Below, in pieces: positions 47,194 through 54,759 of a DNA stretch of 64,000 bases. Within the stretch, counting starts at the first letter, position 1. Every line of letters begins with the position of its first letter. The notes under the pieces are model-generated. The model had not been told where the DNA came from. It saw nothing but the letters and a program-made list of their open reading frames with translations, and searched no databases. A program made the translations under genes and the position numbers. The DNA is from Patescibacteria group bacterium (lineage in GTDB: Bacteria > Patescibacteriota > Patescibacteriia > UBA1558 > GWA2-36-10), in contig JAQUKX010000004.1 of NCBI GenBank assembly GCA_028718865.1, positions 35,753-99,752 of the forward strand. Reading direction: 5' to 3'.

Positions 47194-47335
47194 AAATATT
47201 CCTAAAATACCGCAAACGCCCCAAGTTTTTTGGGGTGTTTATAGACGATAAATATATCATAACATATATCAGAAAAAAGGCTAGTTTTGATATCTATTAA
47301 ACAAAAAAATCAAGCTCAAAGCTTGTTTTAAAATA

Positions 47336-47364
47336 TTGACATTTAATAATATTTATGCTATATT
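47336..47364 (+). promoter_or_regulatory. sigma70-type promoter for islet C gene
   Basis: TTGACA-17 nt-TATATT about 45 nt upstream of the SD. Confidence 0.5.
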
Positions 47365-47408
47365 ACTATGTTTTTTGTACAAAAACCCTCTGCCTAAGGG
47401 AGATAAAG

Positions 47409-47666
47409 ATGGAAATCCGAATCATCCTCTACCTCATGATGGCTACCCAAATGGTAGCCTGGGCTTGGATGCAATCCAAGGGAGGCAAATTGTCCGACCA
47501 CCGTTATATCGCCTTTTGTGCGATGATGATGGTCGGCCAGACCGGCGCCAGCTTGGAATGCATTTTCAACCAAGCTTGGGGCACCCTGGTGGTGCAAATC
47601 TACTTCTTCCTCTTTACCGCCTATGGCGGCTACAAGAGGTATCAACAAATGAGACCCACCTCATGA
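47409..47666 (+). CDS. hypothetical small membrane protein (islet C)
   Basis: 86 aa MEIRIILYLMMATQMVAWAWMQSKGGKLSDHRYIAFCAMMMVGQTGASLECIFNQAWGTLVVQIYFFLFTAYGGYKRYQQMRPTS; SD ctAAGGGAGataaagATG; three hydrophobic segments; GC-rich. Confidence 0.5.
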   Translation: MEIRIILYLMMATQMVAWAWMQSKGGKLSDHRYIAFCAMMMVGQTGASLECIFNQAWGTLVVQIYFFLFTAYGGYKRYQQMRPTS

Positions 47667-47671
47667 ACATG

Positions 47672-47713
47672 ACCCGCTAAGTAGCTTCGGCCAACAGCGG
47701 GTTTAATTTTTTT
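47672..47713. terminator. intrinsic terminator between convergent islet C gene and NUDIX gene
   Basis: ACCCGCTaagtagcttcggccaacAGCGGGTttaattttttt. Confidence 0.55.
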
Positions 47714-48232
47714 CTACAACAATTTTAAATAATCCAAACCCAAATAAGCCGACTCAATATCTGTAAGTTGTCCACCTTTTAAATGTTTCCTAAATTCTGC
47801 CAAAGACATTTCTACTATTTCTATAAACTCATTTTCTTCTAACTTTTGTTTCTGTATTTTATGGCAATTTATAGCAACAAAATTATACCTAATCATCGTT
47901 GAATAAGCACAATCCAAGCTCTCTCCCACAAATTGAAAATCTCCTATATAACCTGTTTCTTCCAAAAATTCTCTTTTGGCCGCCTCTAGAGGAGTTTCGT
48001 TTTTATCCACCAATCCCCCTGGTAATTCCAAAAGTGTTTTTTCCGGACCAGGTCTAAACTGTCTAGCCAATACTACATTATTATCTTTACTAAGAGCCAA
48101 AATACAAACTGCCGGCCCTTCTTTTTTAATATCAAAATCCTCTATTTTACCATTTGGCAACTGAAAAGTTTTTTTAATCAACTTCCTAAAACCTGCTTGA
48201 AAAGAATCTTCTTTTATTTTTTTCCAGTCCAT
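47714..48232 (-). CDS. NUDIX hydrolase (ADP-ribose pyrophosphatase-like)
   Basis: 172 aa; Nudix box GGLVDKNETPLEAAKREFLEETGY. Confidence 0.85.
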   Translation of the reverse strand: MDWKKIKEDSFQAGFRKLIKKTFQLPNGKIEDFDIKKEGPAVCILALSKDNNVVLARQFRPGPEKTLLELPGGLVDKNETPLEAAKREFLEETGYIGDFQFVGESLDCAYSTMIRYNFVAINCHKIQKQKLEENEFIEIVEMSLAEFRKHLKGGQLTDIESAYLGLDYLKLL

Positions 48233-48247
48233 TAGTTTTTTAATTTT

Positions 48248-48862
48248 TTATTTCCCCAGTTCATTTTCATTTAGCACTTTTTTATTTTTGTTTTTTATAA
48301 ACCTACTCCTATAAATTATCAGCATCAACGATGAATTGAGAATAAGCAGATATATAGGAAAAGCTATTTCTGAAATAGCAAATGTCCTTAAAGCGAAAAA
48401 ACTAGTCAAAGAATTGAATACTCCTGTTGAATAAGCTTCTACTGATTCTGTTTCTGGATATTTCCAAGACTTGATAAGAGTCGGCATAGCCGCAAAAAAA
48501 TCAGCCGCCAGGGCAAAGATAATAGCCACTACTGGCTCCTTGGTAATCCACCAAAGAATTAGGGCTAAAATTGATAGAGTGCCACAAGCATAATCAAAAG
48601 TTCTCAATCGCCAATATGATTTTTTATTTGCAAAAGAAACAATAAAAACCAACAATGGAGCAAAGCCAGCCATAAATACTGGCAACACAGCCAAACGAAC
48701 GCCATCAGATAAGGCTGCTGAAGTGGCAATCAGCGGTGCTATAGACCACATTAGCCAAGTGACCCGATTGGGTTTTGTGTTGCCTTTGATTGTTTCTTTT
48801 ACATAGATATATATTCCAGCCAACTGGACAAAAGCACCTATGAAGACTATGTATTGGGTCAT
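48248..48862 (-). CDS. hypothetical multi-pass membrane protein
   Basis: 204 aa, 6-7 hydrophobic helices. Confidence 0.5.
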   Translation of the reverse strand: MTQYIVFIGAFVQLAGIYIYVKETIKGNTKPNRVTWLMWSIAPLIATSAALSDGVRLAVLPVFMAGFAPLLVFIVSFANKKSYWRLRTFDYACGTLSILALILWWITKEPVVAIIFALAADFFAAMPTLIKSWKYPETESVEAYSTGVFNSLTSFFALRTFAISEIAFPIYLLILNSSLMLIIYRSRFIKNKNKKVLNENELGK

Positions 48863-48875
48863 GTATTTATCTATG

Positions 48876-49871
48876 TTATTTTTCTCTCTTTACCACCAAC
48901 TGCCCGCAAGCAGCCTCTATATCTTTGCCAAAACTATAGCGCTGAGTAACTAACACTCCTTCTCTTTCCAAAATGCTTTTAAATTTTCTGATTTCTGAAC
49001 TACGAGAAGCTTTGAAAACTTCCGTAGGATTATAAGCAATTAGATTGAGTAGATAAAGCGGTTTTTTCATCAGCTTGGCCAGCTCTTGAGCATGCTGAGG
49101 CTGATCATTGACACCTCGGATCATCAAATATTCAAACATCACTTGCCTATCGGTCTTGGCAATATATTTATCTACTTCGGCCAAAAGATCTTTAAGGGGA
49201 AAGCGTTTGTTAATTGGCATTAGTTGAGTACGCAATTTATCATTGGGAGCATGTAAAGATATAGCCAGATTAATTTGCTTGTCATAAGTAGCTAATTTTT
49301 TGATACCATGAATAACTCCGCTGGTGGAAATAGAAATTCGTCTGGCGCCAATTTTGAAATCTTCATTGAGATATTTGATAGCCTTGATTACATTATCGTA
49401 ATTTAAAAAAGGCTCGCCCATGCCCATAAAAACAATATTGCTTATCCTCTGCTTGTCTTTGGCCAAATAGCGAGCAAAAAATAAAGCCTGATCAATTATC
49501 TCGCCATATTGCAAATTCCTGACCAGACCCATTTTGCCGGTAGCACAAAAACTGCAACCCAAAGGACAGCCAATCTGACTGGAAAGACAAACTGTATATC
49601 GTCCGTCTTTATGACTAAGGAGCACAGTTTCTATTTTTTGGTCATCGGCCAAAATCAAAAGAGCTTTTATAGACTGTCCGTCTGAGGAAATCTTTGTTTC
49701 TCCTTTTATTTCCAAAGGACAGGCCTGATTAAGCTGATTTTTGAGTTCTTTGGGCAAAGTACTGGCTTGCTCCCAATTATCAGCTAGTTGATCAAAAATA
49801 ACCGCTTTAGCCTGGCTAACGCGGTATTTGGGCTGATCTTTTAAAATCTTATATAATTTATCAAAATCCAT
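48876..49871 (-). CDS. rlmN: radical SAM 23S rRNA/tRNA adenine C2-methyltransferase RlmN/Cfr family
   Basis: 331 aa; CPLGCSFCATG radical-SAM cluster motif, GMGEP and C-terminal Cys of RlmN. Confidence 0.85.
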   Translation of the reverse strand: MDFDKLYKILKDQPKYRVSQAKAVIFDQLADNWEQASTLPKELKNQLNQACPLEIKGETKISSDGQSIKALLILADDQKIETVLLSHKDGRYTVCLSSQIGCPLGCSFCATGKMGLVRNLQYGEIIDQALFFARYLAKDKQRISNIVFMGMGEPFLNYDNVIKAIKYLNEDFKIGARRISISTSGVIHGIKKLATYDKQINLAISLHAPNDKLRTQLMPINKRFPLKDLLAEVDKYIAKTDRQVMFEYLMIRGVNDQPQHAQELAKLMKKPLYLLNLIAYNPTEVFKASRSSEIRKFKSILEREGVLVTQRYSFGKDIEAACGQLVVKREK

Positions 49872-49916
49872 GTTTGCATTATAGCAAAAGTCCTAGAAAA
49901 TACTAGGACTCTATAC

Positions 49917-51254
49917 TTACAAAGAAAATTTTTCGTAATGGATTTTGCTTGGCGGATTTGGCAATGACTTGAGTAATTTTTTGACACTATCAATCATGGC
50001 TGGCGGACCGCAAAGATAAACTTCTCGCCTATCAATATCCGGCACTAGACGTTTTATTTTTTCCTCATCCACATGCCCTTTTTCCCCAGCAAAGTCAGCT
50101 TGCTCGCTCAAAATATGAATTATCTGCGCTCCTTTGGCTTGAGCCAATTGTTCTAGTTCATCTTTGAAAACAATATCTTGACTACTTCTGTTGGCATAAA
50201 GCAATTTGATGTCCTTGCCTTTTTTTAGCATCTCTTCCATTAGCGATCTAATAGGAGTAATGCCAATACCACCGGCAATCAAAAGAATTGAACGACTGTC
50301 GCTAAATAAATCAGTAAAAATACCATAAGGCCCTTCAATAATTATTGGCGTGCCCGGGACAATTTGATCAATGCGAGAAGTAAAGTCCCCGATTTTTTTT
50401 ATAGTAAAACGCAGAGAATGGCCATCAGGTAATTTGGATAAAGAAAAAGGATGAGCCTGCCACCAATTTTTTTTATCCAAAAAGCGTAAAATCATAAACT
50501 GACCAGCTTGAATTTTAAAATTTTCTAAATTGCGTCCGGAAATATAAACTGAAACAGTGTTGTGGTTTTCCCTAAATATTTTTTCCACCTTAAATTGATG
50601 CTTTTTGAAAAGTATAAAAGGTCTAAAAAAACGAAAAAACAAATGACTAGAAAAAACCAAAACATACAATCCTATCCAGTAGCTATAAAAAACCTTGCTG
50701 GCCAAAAAATCGCCCCCTAACCTGACTTGATGCCAAAAAGAAGAAAAAACTGCCAGATAAACCAGCAAGTGCACAAAATACCAAGCTTCATAAGGTAATT
50801 TTTTACGCACTATATAAATAGAGCTGGCAATCACCACTAAAAATAAAAACAGACCCAAGAAAGCCAAGCCAAGGTCGTCAAAGTTTTTGAAAAAAACTAG
50901 CAGTTGAGCGCCAAAGCCAGAGCGGGAAAAAACCGAATAGCTGGCCACTAAAAAAACAGGATGAAGCAAGAGAAAAATCAAGCTCCATTGTCCGCTCAAG
51001 CGATGAACTCGTGACAACTTGTCCAGACCAAAAGCGCTCTCCAGCCAGGGCATACGACCCATAAAAACAAACTGGAGCATCACTGCATAAGCTGCCAATA
51101 GTCCAGCAATGCGCCCCAGGGCTAGGAGCAAATAGCCTCTGCCCTGAGAAAGAAGCGAGCCTGATCCTTGCCACCAGAAAAATAAAATAAGCAAAGCATT
51201 GACCAGTAGAAAACTCAGCCAAAATCGTCTCGCCCAAAAAATATTTTTGCGCAT
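49917..51254 (-). CDS. ferric reductase-like transmembrane domain fused to FAD/NAD(P)-binding FNR-like domain
   Basis: 445 aa; 6 TM helices with paired His (HRLSGQW...LLLHPV; YFVHLLVY...FWHQV), then HPFSL FAD motif and LIAGGIGITP NAD(P) motif. Confidence 0.8.
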   Translation of the reverse strand: MRKNIFWARRFWLSFLLVNALLILFFWWQGSGSLLSQGRGYLLLALGRIAGLLAAYAVMLQFVFMGRMPWLESAFGLDKLSRVHRLSGQWSLIFLLLHPVFLVASYSVFSRSGFGAQLLVFFKNFDDLGLAFLGLFLFLVVIASSIYIVRKKLPYEAWYFVHLLVYLAVFSSFWHQVRLGGDFLASKVFYSYWIGLYVLVFSSHLFFRFFRPFILFKKHQFKVEKIFRENHNTVSVYISGRNLENFKIQAGQFMILRFLDKKNWWQAHPFSLSKLPDGHSLRFTIKKIGDFTSRIDQIVPGTPIIIEGPYGIFTDLFSDSRSILLIAGGIGITPIRSLMEEMLKKGKDIKLLYANRSSQDIVFKDELEQLAQAKGAQIIHILSEQADFAGEKGHVDEEKIKRLVPDIDRREVYLCGPPAMIDSVKKLLKSLPNPPSKIHYEKFSL

Positions 51255-51256
51255 TT

Positions 51257-51781
51257 TTATTCAACTATCAATTTTCCTACCATGCCCATTTGGCGATGTT
51301 GGCCAACCGAGCAGTAAAATTCAAATTCACCAGTTCTGTCAGCGATAAATTCAATAGTCTGCTCTTCACCAGCCTGCATTTGCCTGGTAGCGGCATTGAA
51401 TTCATCCAGCACCCAGTCATGGAAGCCTTCTTCATTGACAAAACGCAAACGCACCAAGTCTCCCTGCTTGACTCTGATCTCGCTACTAGAATAGCCAAAG
51501 TTAAAAGCAGTTATATTGACCTCGCTGACATTAAGGCTTGTATCAATATCAAGGCTAGTGTCAATTCCTACTTCTAAAACAGAATTGTCACTATCATTGT
51601 CCATTTCCTCTCCTAAATTGCCGTTATTTTCCAGCTCCAGCTCAAAATCGCCATTGTTTTCCTGGGCAACTTCCTGGCCGTTTTGTAATCCCAAACCCTC
51701 TTCGCTTTGACGGCTGGAAACAAACCACAAGCCTCCCAAGAGAACAACTAGCAAAATTATAAATAAATATACTTTATTCAT
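51257..51781 (-). CDS. cupredoxin (type-1 blue copper protein), membrane-anchored/secreted
   Basis: 174 aa; N-terminal TM/signal; C-terminal ...GFHDWVLDEF...YCSVGQHRQMGM with the H/C/H/M type-1 Cu ligand set; 2 nt upstream of the ferric-reductase gene. Confidence 0.75.
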   Translation of the reverse strand: MNKVYLFIILLVVLLGGLWFVSSRQSEEGLGLQNGQEVAQENNGDFELELENNGNLGEEMDNDSDNSVLEVGIDTSLDIDTSLNVSEVNITAFNFGYSSSEIRVKQGDLVRLRFVNEEGFHDWVLDEFNAATRQMQAGEEQTIEFIADRTGEFEFYCSVGQHRQMGMVGKLIVE

Positions 51782-51972
51782 ATATTTTCTTACTATTAAT
51801 TATTATTTATTAGATAAATAGCAATGAATTGCTTTATTTATAATAAAGGAAAAAAGGAAATTCTTCAATAGCTAGCAGGAACATTGACGATTTTAAAAAA
51901 AAATTATATTATAAAAAAACCTGGTTTATCTGGGCAATAGGCAGGATGGACACTGCTCAGGAGGAAATACAG

Positions 51973-52137
51973 ATGCGCAAAAACTACGATCTGCATCACA
52001 CTGTTCTCAAACTAAGCTGGCTATATCTGGCCAGCCAGGTCGCCATCGCCGCCTTGCTGGGCTTCATGCCCAAACACAGTTCTCATGCTCCGCAAGGAGC
52101 AACTCATCATATAGAGCGAGTCGTCTCCTCAAAGTAG
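51973..52137 (+). CDS. hypothetical 54-aa protein (islet D)
   Basis: MRKNYDLHHTVLKLSWLYLASQVAIAALLGFMPKHSSHAPQGATHHIERVVSSK; SD gctcAGGAGGaaatacagATG; one hydrophobic helix; GC-rich. Confidence 0.45.
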   Translation: MRKNYDLHHTVLKLSWLYLASQVAIAALLGFMPKHSSHAPQGATHHIERVVSSK

Positions 52138-52154
52138 ACGACGCTGGTAGCTCC

Positions 52155-52192
52155 GCCGGCAGACGCAAAGCGTCTGCCGGCTTTCTTTTTTT
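52155..52192 (+). terminator. strong intrinsic terminator after islet D gene
   Basis: GCCGGCAGACGCaaaGCGTCTGCCGGCtttcttttttt (12-bp perfect stem). Confidence 0.75.
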
Positions 52193-52211
52193 ATTATTTA
52201 TTAATAAAAAA

Positions 52212-53417
52212 TTAATTAAAAATCGCCGGATTTATTCTAATCACTTTGTCGTCGCCATCTCTGACTTGTCCTCGTCCATCTTGATTGCTGGTAGATAAAT
52301 AAAAATGTCCATCTGGCCCTAAAGCCACAGCTCTAAGCCGACCGAATTCTTTGAAAAAATGATATTTCAACTCTCTTGTCTCTAAATTATATTCATAAAG
52401 AGATTCCCCTCTAAGACCGGCAAAAAATAATCTATTTTGATAATAAAATAATCCAGCCGGCGCCCAAGTAGTACTAGCTCCCGACTGAATAACTGGACTG
52501 ATCATACCCTGACGACTTTCTCCTCCTTGAATAATTGGCCATCCATAATTTCCGCCGGCTTGTATCAAATTGAGTTCGTCATAACCAGAGGTCGCTCCTG
52601 ATCGCCCATGTTCAGTTGCCCAAAGCCTGCCCAAATTATCCCAAGCTAAGCCTTGGGGATTTCTATGACCGTAAGAATAAACTGGGCTACTAACAAAAGG
52701 GTTGTCATCGGGAATACTACCATCTTTGTTTATTCTCAATATTTTGCCTCCCAAAAAATCCAATTCCTGAGCTCGGTTGGCCTGACCCGCATCACCTACG
52801 GCAATATAGAGCCGACCGTCCGGCCCAAAAGCTATCCGACCACCGTCATGATATTGAGCTCCCGGCAAATCATCAATAATAATAGTTCTATTTAAGAGAG
52901 TTTTGTCAGAAATCTGATAGCGCTCTACTCTATTTATCAGACTGCCGTCTTTTCTGCCGGTCAAATACAAATAAAGATATTGATTGGCTGAAAAATCCGG
53001 ATCAAGTGCCATTCCCTGTAAACCACCTTCTCCTACATGAGACACTCCTTCAATACTAACTGTTGTCTGACCGCTGTTTATCAACAAAAGACTACCTGGT
53101 CTTTGGGTGACTAACATTTCTCCACTAGGCAACCAAGCTATTTCCCAAGGAATCTGTAAATCAGTCGCCACCACTTCAATATCGCTTAATTCTTCAATTA
53201 GCTCATTTTCTGACTCAACTATCTCCTCTGGCTCTGGAGCATCTTCTTCTTGATCTATTTCCCTCTGCTCCTCTTGAGTTTCATTGATACTTACGCCAGG
53301 CAAAGCTGTTTGCTCAGTAGGTTGAAAAAAATATTGCTGTAGCTTTTGGGCAAAGAAGAAATAAAACAGCCAAATCGCTACAATTAAGCTGATTATTATA
53401 ATAAATAGTTTTTTCAT
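52212..53417 (-). CDS. membrane-anchored soluble-type (PQQ-dependent/GSDH-like) sugar dehydrogenase beta-propeller
   Basis: 401 aa; N-terminal TM, acidic linker, then motifs ...QIPWEIAWLPSGEMLVTQRPG..., ...YSYGHRNPQGLAWD..., ...LWATEHGRSG... typical of glucose/sorbosone dehydrogenase family. Confidence 0.7.
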   Translation of the reverse strand: MKKLFIIIISLIVAIWLFYFFFAQKLQQYFFQPTEQTALPGVSINETQEEQREIDQEEDAPEPEEIVESENELIEELSDIEVVATDLQIPWEIAWLPSGEMLVTQRPGSLLLINSGQTTVSIEGVSHVGEGGLQGMALDPDFSANQYLYLYLTGRKDGSLINRVERYQISDKTLLNRTIIIDDLPGAQYHDGGRIAFGPDGRLYIAVGDAGQANRAQELDFLGGKILRINKDGSIPDDNPFVSSPVYSYGHRNPQGLAWDNLGRLWATEHGRSGATSGYDELNLIQAGGNYGWPIIQGGESRQGMISPVIQSGASTTWAPAGLFYYQNRLFFAGLRGESLYEYNLETRELKYHFFKEFGRLRAVALGPDGHFYLSTSNQDGRGQVRDGDDKVIRINPAIFN

Positions 53418-53493
53418 AATATTATAGTTAATGCTTATTATTTTTAGTATAACAGATTATTTTATAATATAGTAATCAACCCTAAGCAAAGCA

Positions 53494-53522
53494 TTGACAT
53501 TTAAGCCATTTTTGCCTATAAT
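53494..53522 (+). promoter_or_regulatory. consensus sigma70-type promoter upstream of tRNA-Thr
   Basis: TTGACA-17 nt-TATAAT (53494-53499 / 53517-53522). Confidence 0.6.
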
Positions 53523-53646
53523 TCACCCCGTATTTATTTTATAAACACGCCGAGATAGCTCCCCGAGATAAACTCGGGGCAGGCAGTGGTAGAAATATAA
53601 ATAAATAATATATATAGTATTTATATAAAATTTAAACTTAATTTTT

Positions 53647-53722
53647 GCCGAGATAGCTCAGTTGGTAGAGCAATGGTTTTGTAAACCATGGGTCGGGGGT
53701 TCGAATCCTCTTCTCGGCTCCA
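53647..53722 (+). tRNA. tRNA-Thr (anticodon UGU), CCA encoded
   Basis: GCCGAGAtaGCTCagttggtaGAGCaATGGTtttgtaaACCATgggtcGGGGGttcgaatCCTCTTCTCGGCtCCA; cloverleaf with TTCGAAT T-loop and anticodon loop uuUGUaa. Confidence 0.85.
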
Positions 53723-53847
53723 TCCTTCGCTTGCGAAGAATGTCGTCCGAAGCCCTGTGCGTAGGACGACAATAACATCGCCCCTTGCTTTTATTTATAA
53801 AGCTTCGGATGGCAAGCCATAATAATTAATAATTATAATCAAAAAAT

Positions 53848-54004
53848 TATGTCACAAGATAATCTGGCTAAGCTGGAATGTACTGAATGTAAAAGCGTCA
53901 ACTATAACAGCCGCCGCAACAAAAAAACTATCAAGGAAAGATTGACAATGAAAAAATATTGCAAAACATGTAAAGCGCATATTTTGCACAAAGAGACCAA
54001 ATAA
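53848..54004 (+). pseudogene. rpmG: 50S ribosomal protein L33 gene with apparent +1 frameshift
   Basis: Frame 0: ATG at 53848 gives MSQDNLAKLECY then TGA; frame +1 continues NVTECKSVNYNSRRNKKTIKERLTMKKYCKTCKAHILHKETK stop at 54002-54004; deleting one T of the TT at 53880-53881 restores a canonical 51-aa L33 with LECTEC...CKTC zinc ribbon. Confidence 0.8.
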
Positions 54005-54018
54005 TTTTGGACTCTTTT

Positions 54019-54092
54019 GGGGGAGTAGTATAGTGGTAGTACAGGGGTCTCCAAAACCTCTAGCGAGGGTTCGATTCCTTCCTCCCCTGCCA
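54019..54092 (+). tRNA. tRNA-Trp (anticodon CCA), CCA encoded
   Basis: GGGGGAGtaGTATagtggtaGTACaGGGGTctccaaaACCTCtagcGAGGGttcgattCCTTCCTCCCCTgCCA; anticodon loop cuCCAaa. Confidence 0.8.
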
Positions 54093-54125
54093 ATTGTTAG
54101 TGATTTTTATTGGCAAAATTAAAAT

Positions 54126-54147
54126 CGAGCTAAGGGCTCGTTTTTTT
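54126..54147 (+). terminator. intrinsic terminator after tRNA-Trp
   Basis: CGAGCtaaggGCTCGttttttt. Confidence 0.6.
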
Positions 54148-54370
54148 AATAAATAAACTCCCCTAATTTCTGACTAAATAACTCCGAATTCCAAATATCA
54201 TTTGCCCCATGCCCTCTATAACTGGACGGTCCTCAAAACTCTGATTGTCCGGATAATAAATCATTGATTTTTGGCGCCAAAAAAGCAAAAGGCCAAAAGC
54301 TAAATAAGTAGCTGTTATCAATAAAAAAAAATTATAAGCATTCTTTTGATATTCATCTTTATAAAAAATA

Positions 54371-54622
54371 TCAAACTGATAAGTCTTGCCGAATCAAGTC
54401 TTCAAATTGCTCCCTAATTCTCTCATTGTATTGCTGCAGATAGCGAATCTGTAACTCCAAATCGCTGATATAGACGGATTTCAACCTTGATTTATAAGCA
54501 CAGTTGATCAAAAAAATCAGTAAAAAAATAATTGCCGCCAGAGCCAACCACAATTTCATATCTCTGCCCACCGTCTTTTTCCCGGATATTTTTGCAATTA
54601 AGCTTTGTTTTTTGCCAAACAT
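54371..54622 (-). CDS. hypothetical single-TM coiled-coil protein (FtsB/FtsL-like?)
   Basis: 83 aa (or 62 aa from MKLWLAL at 54559); TM then heptad-like ISDLELQIRYLQQYNERIREQFEDLIRQ. Confidence 0.35.
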   Translation of the reverse strand: MFGKKQSLIAKISGKKTVGRDMKLWLALAAIIFLLIFLINCAYKSRLKSVYISDLELQIRYLQQYNERIREQFEDLIRQDLSV

Positions 54623-54759
54623 AATGTTAAAAAATTTAATTCCCCTTAAGTTAGTGGAATTTTATCATTTTTTTCTCCGCTTGAAAATGCCTACTTAACC
54701 TATTTGCCAAGGCCAGCGCAATGGGCTATAATCACCAAATAATCATTAATAAGCATTAT

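Noticed and set aside
47336-47680. ORFs 47336..47680(+) and 47394..47648(-)
   Set aside because: These are off-frame or antisense to the SD-preceded 86-aa membrane-protein frame 47409..47666.
36248-52192. GC-rich islets considered as structured RNAs (rRNA fragments, RNase P, tmRNA, SRP RNA)
   Set aside because: No conserved motifs of those RNAs were seen. Each islet has SD-preceded ORFs with third-position GC bias and flanking promoter/terminator, consistent with coding cassettes.
53902-54093. 63-aa minus-strand ORF
   Set aside because: It lies antisense to rpmG and tRNA-Trp, and the hydrophobic junk translation is an artefact.
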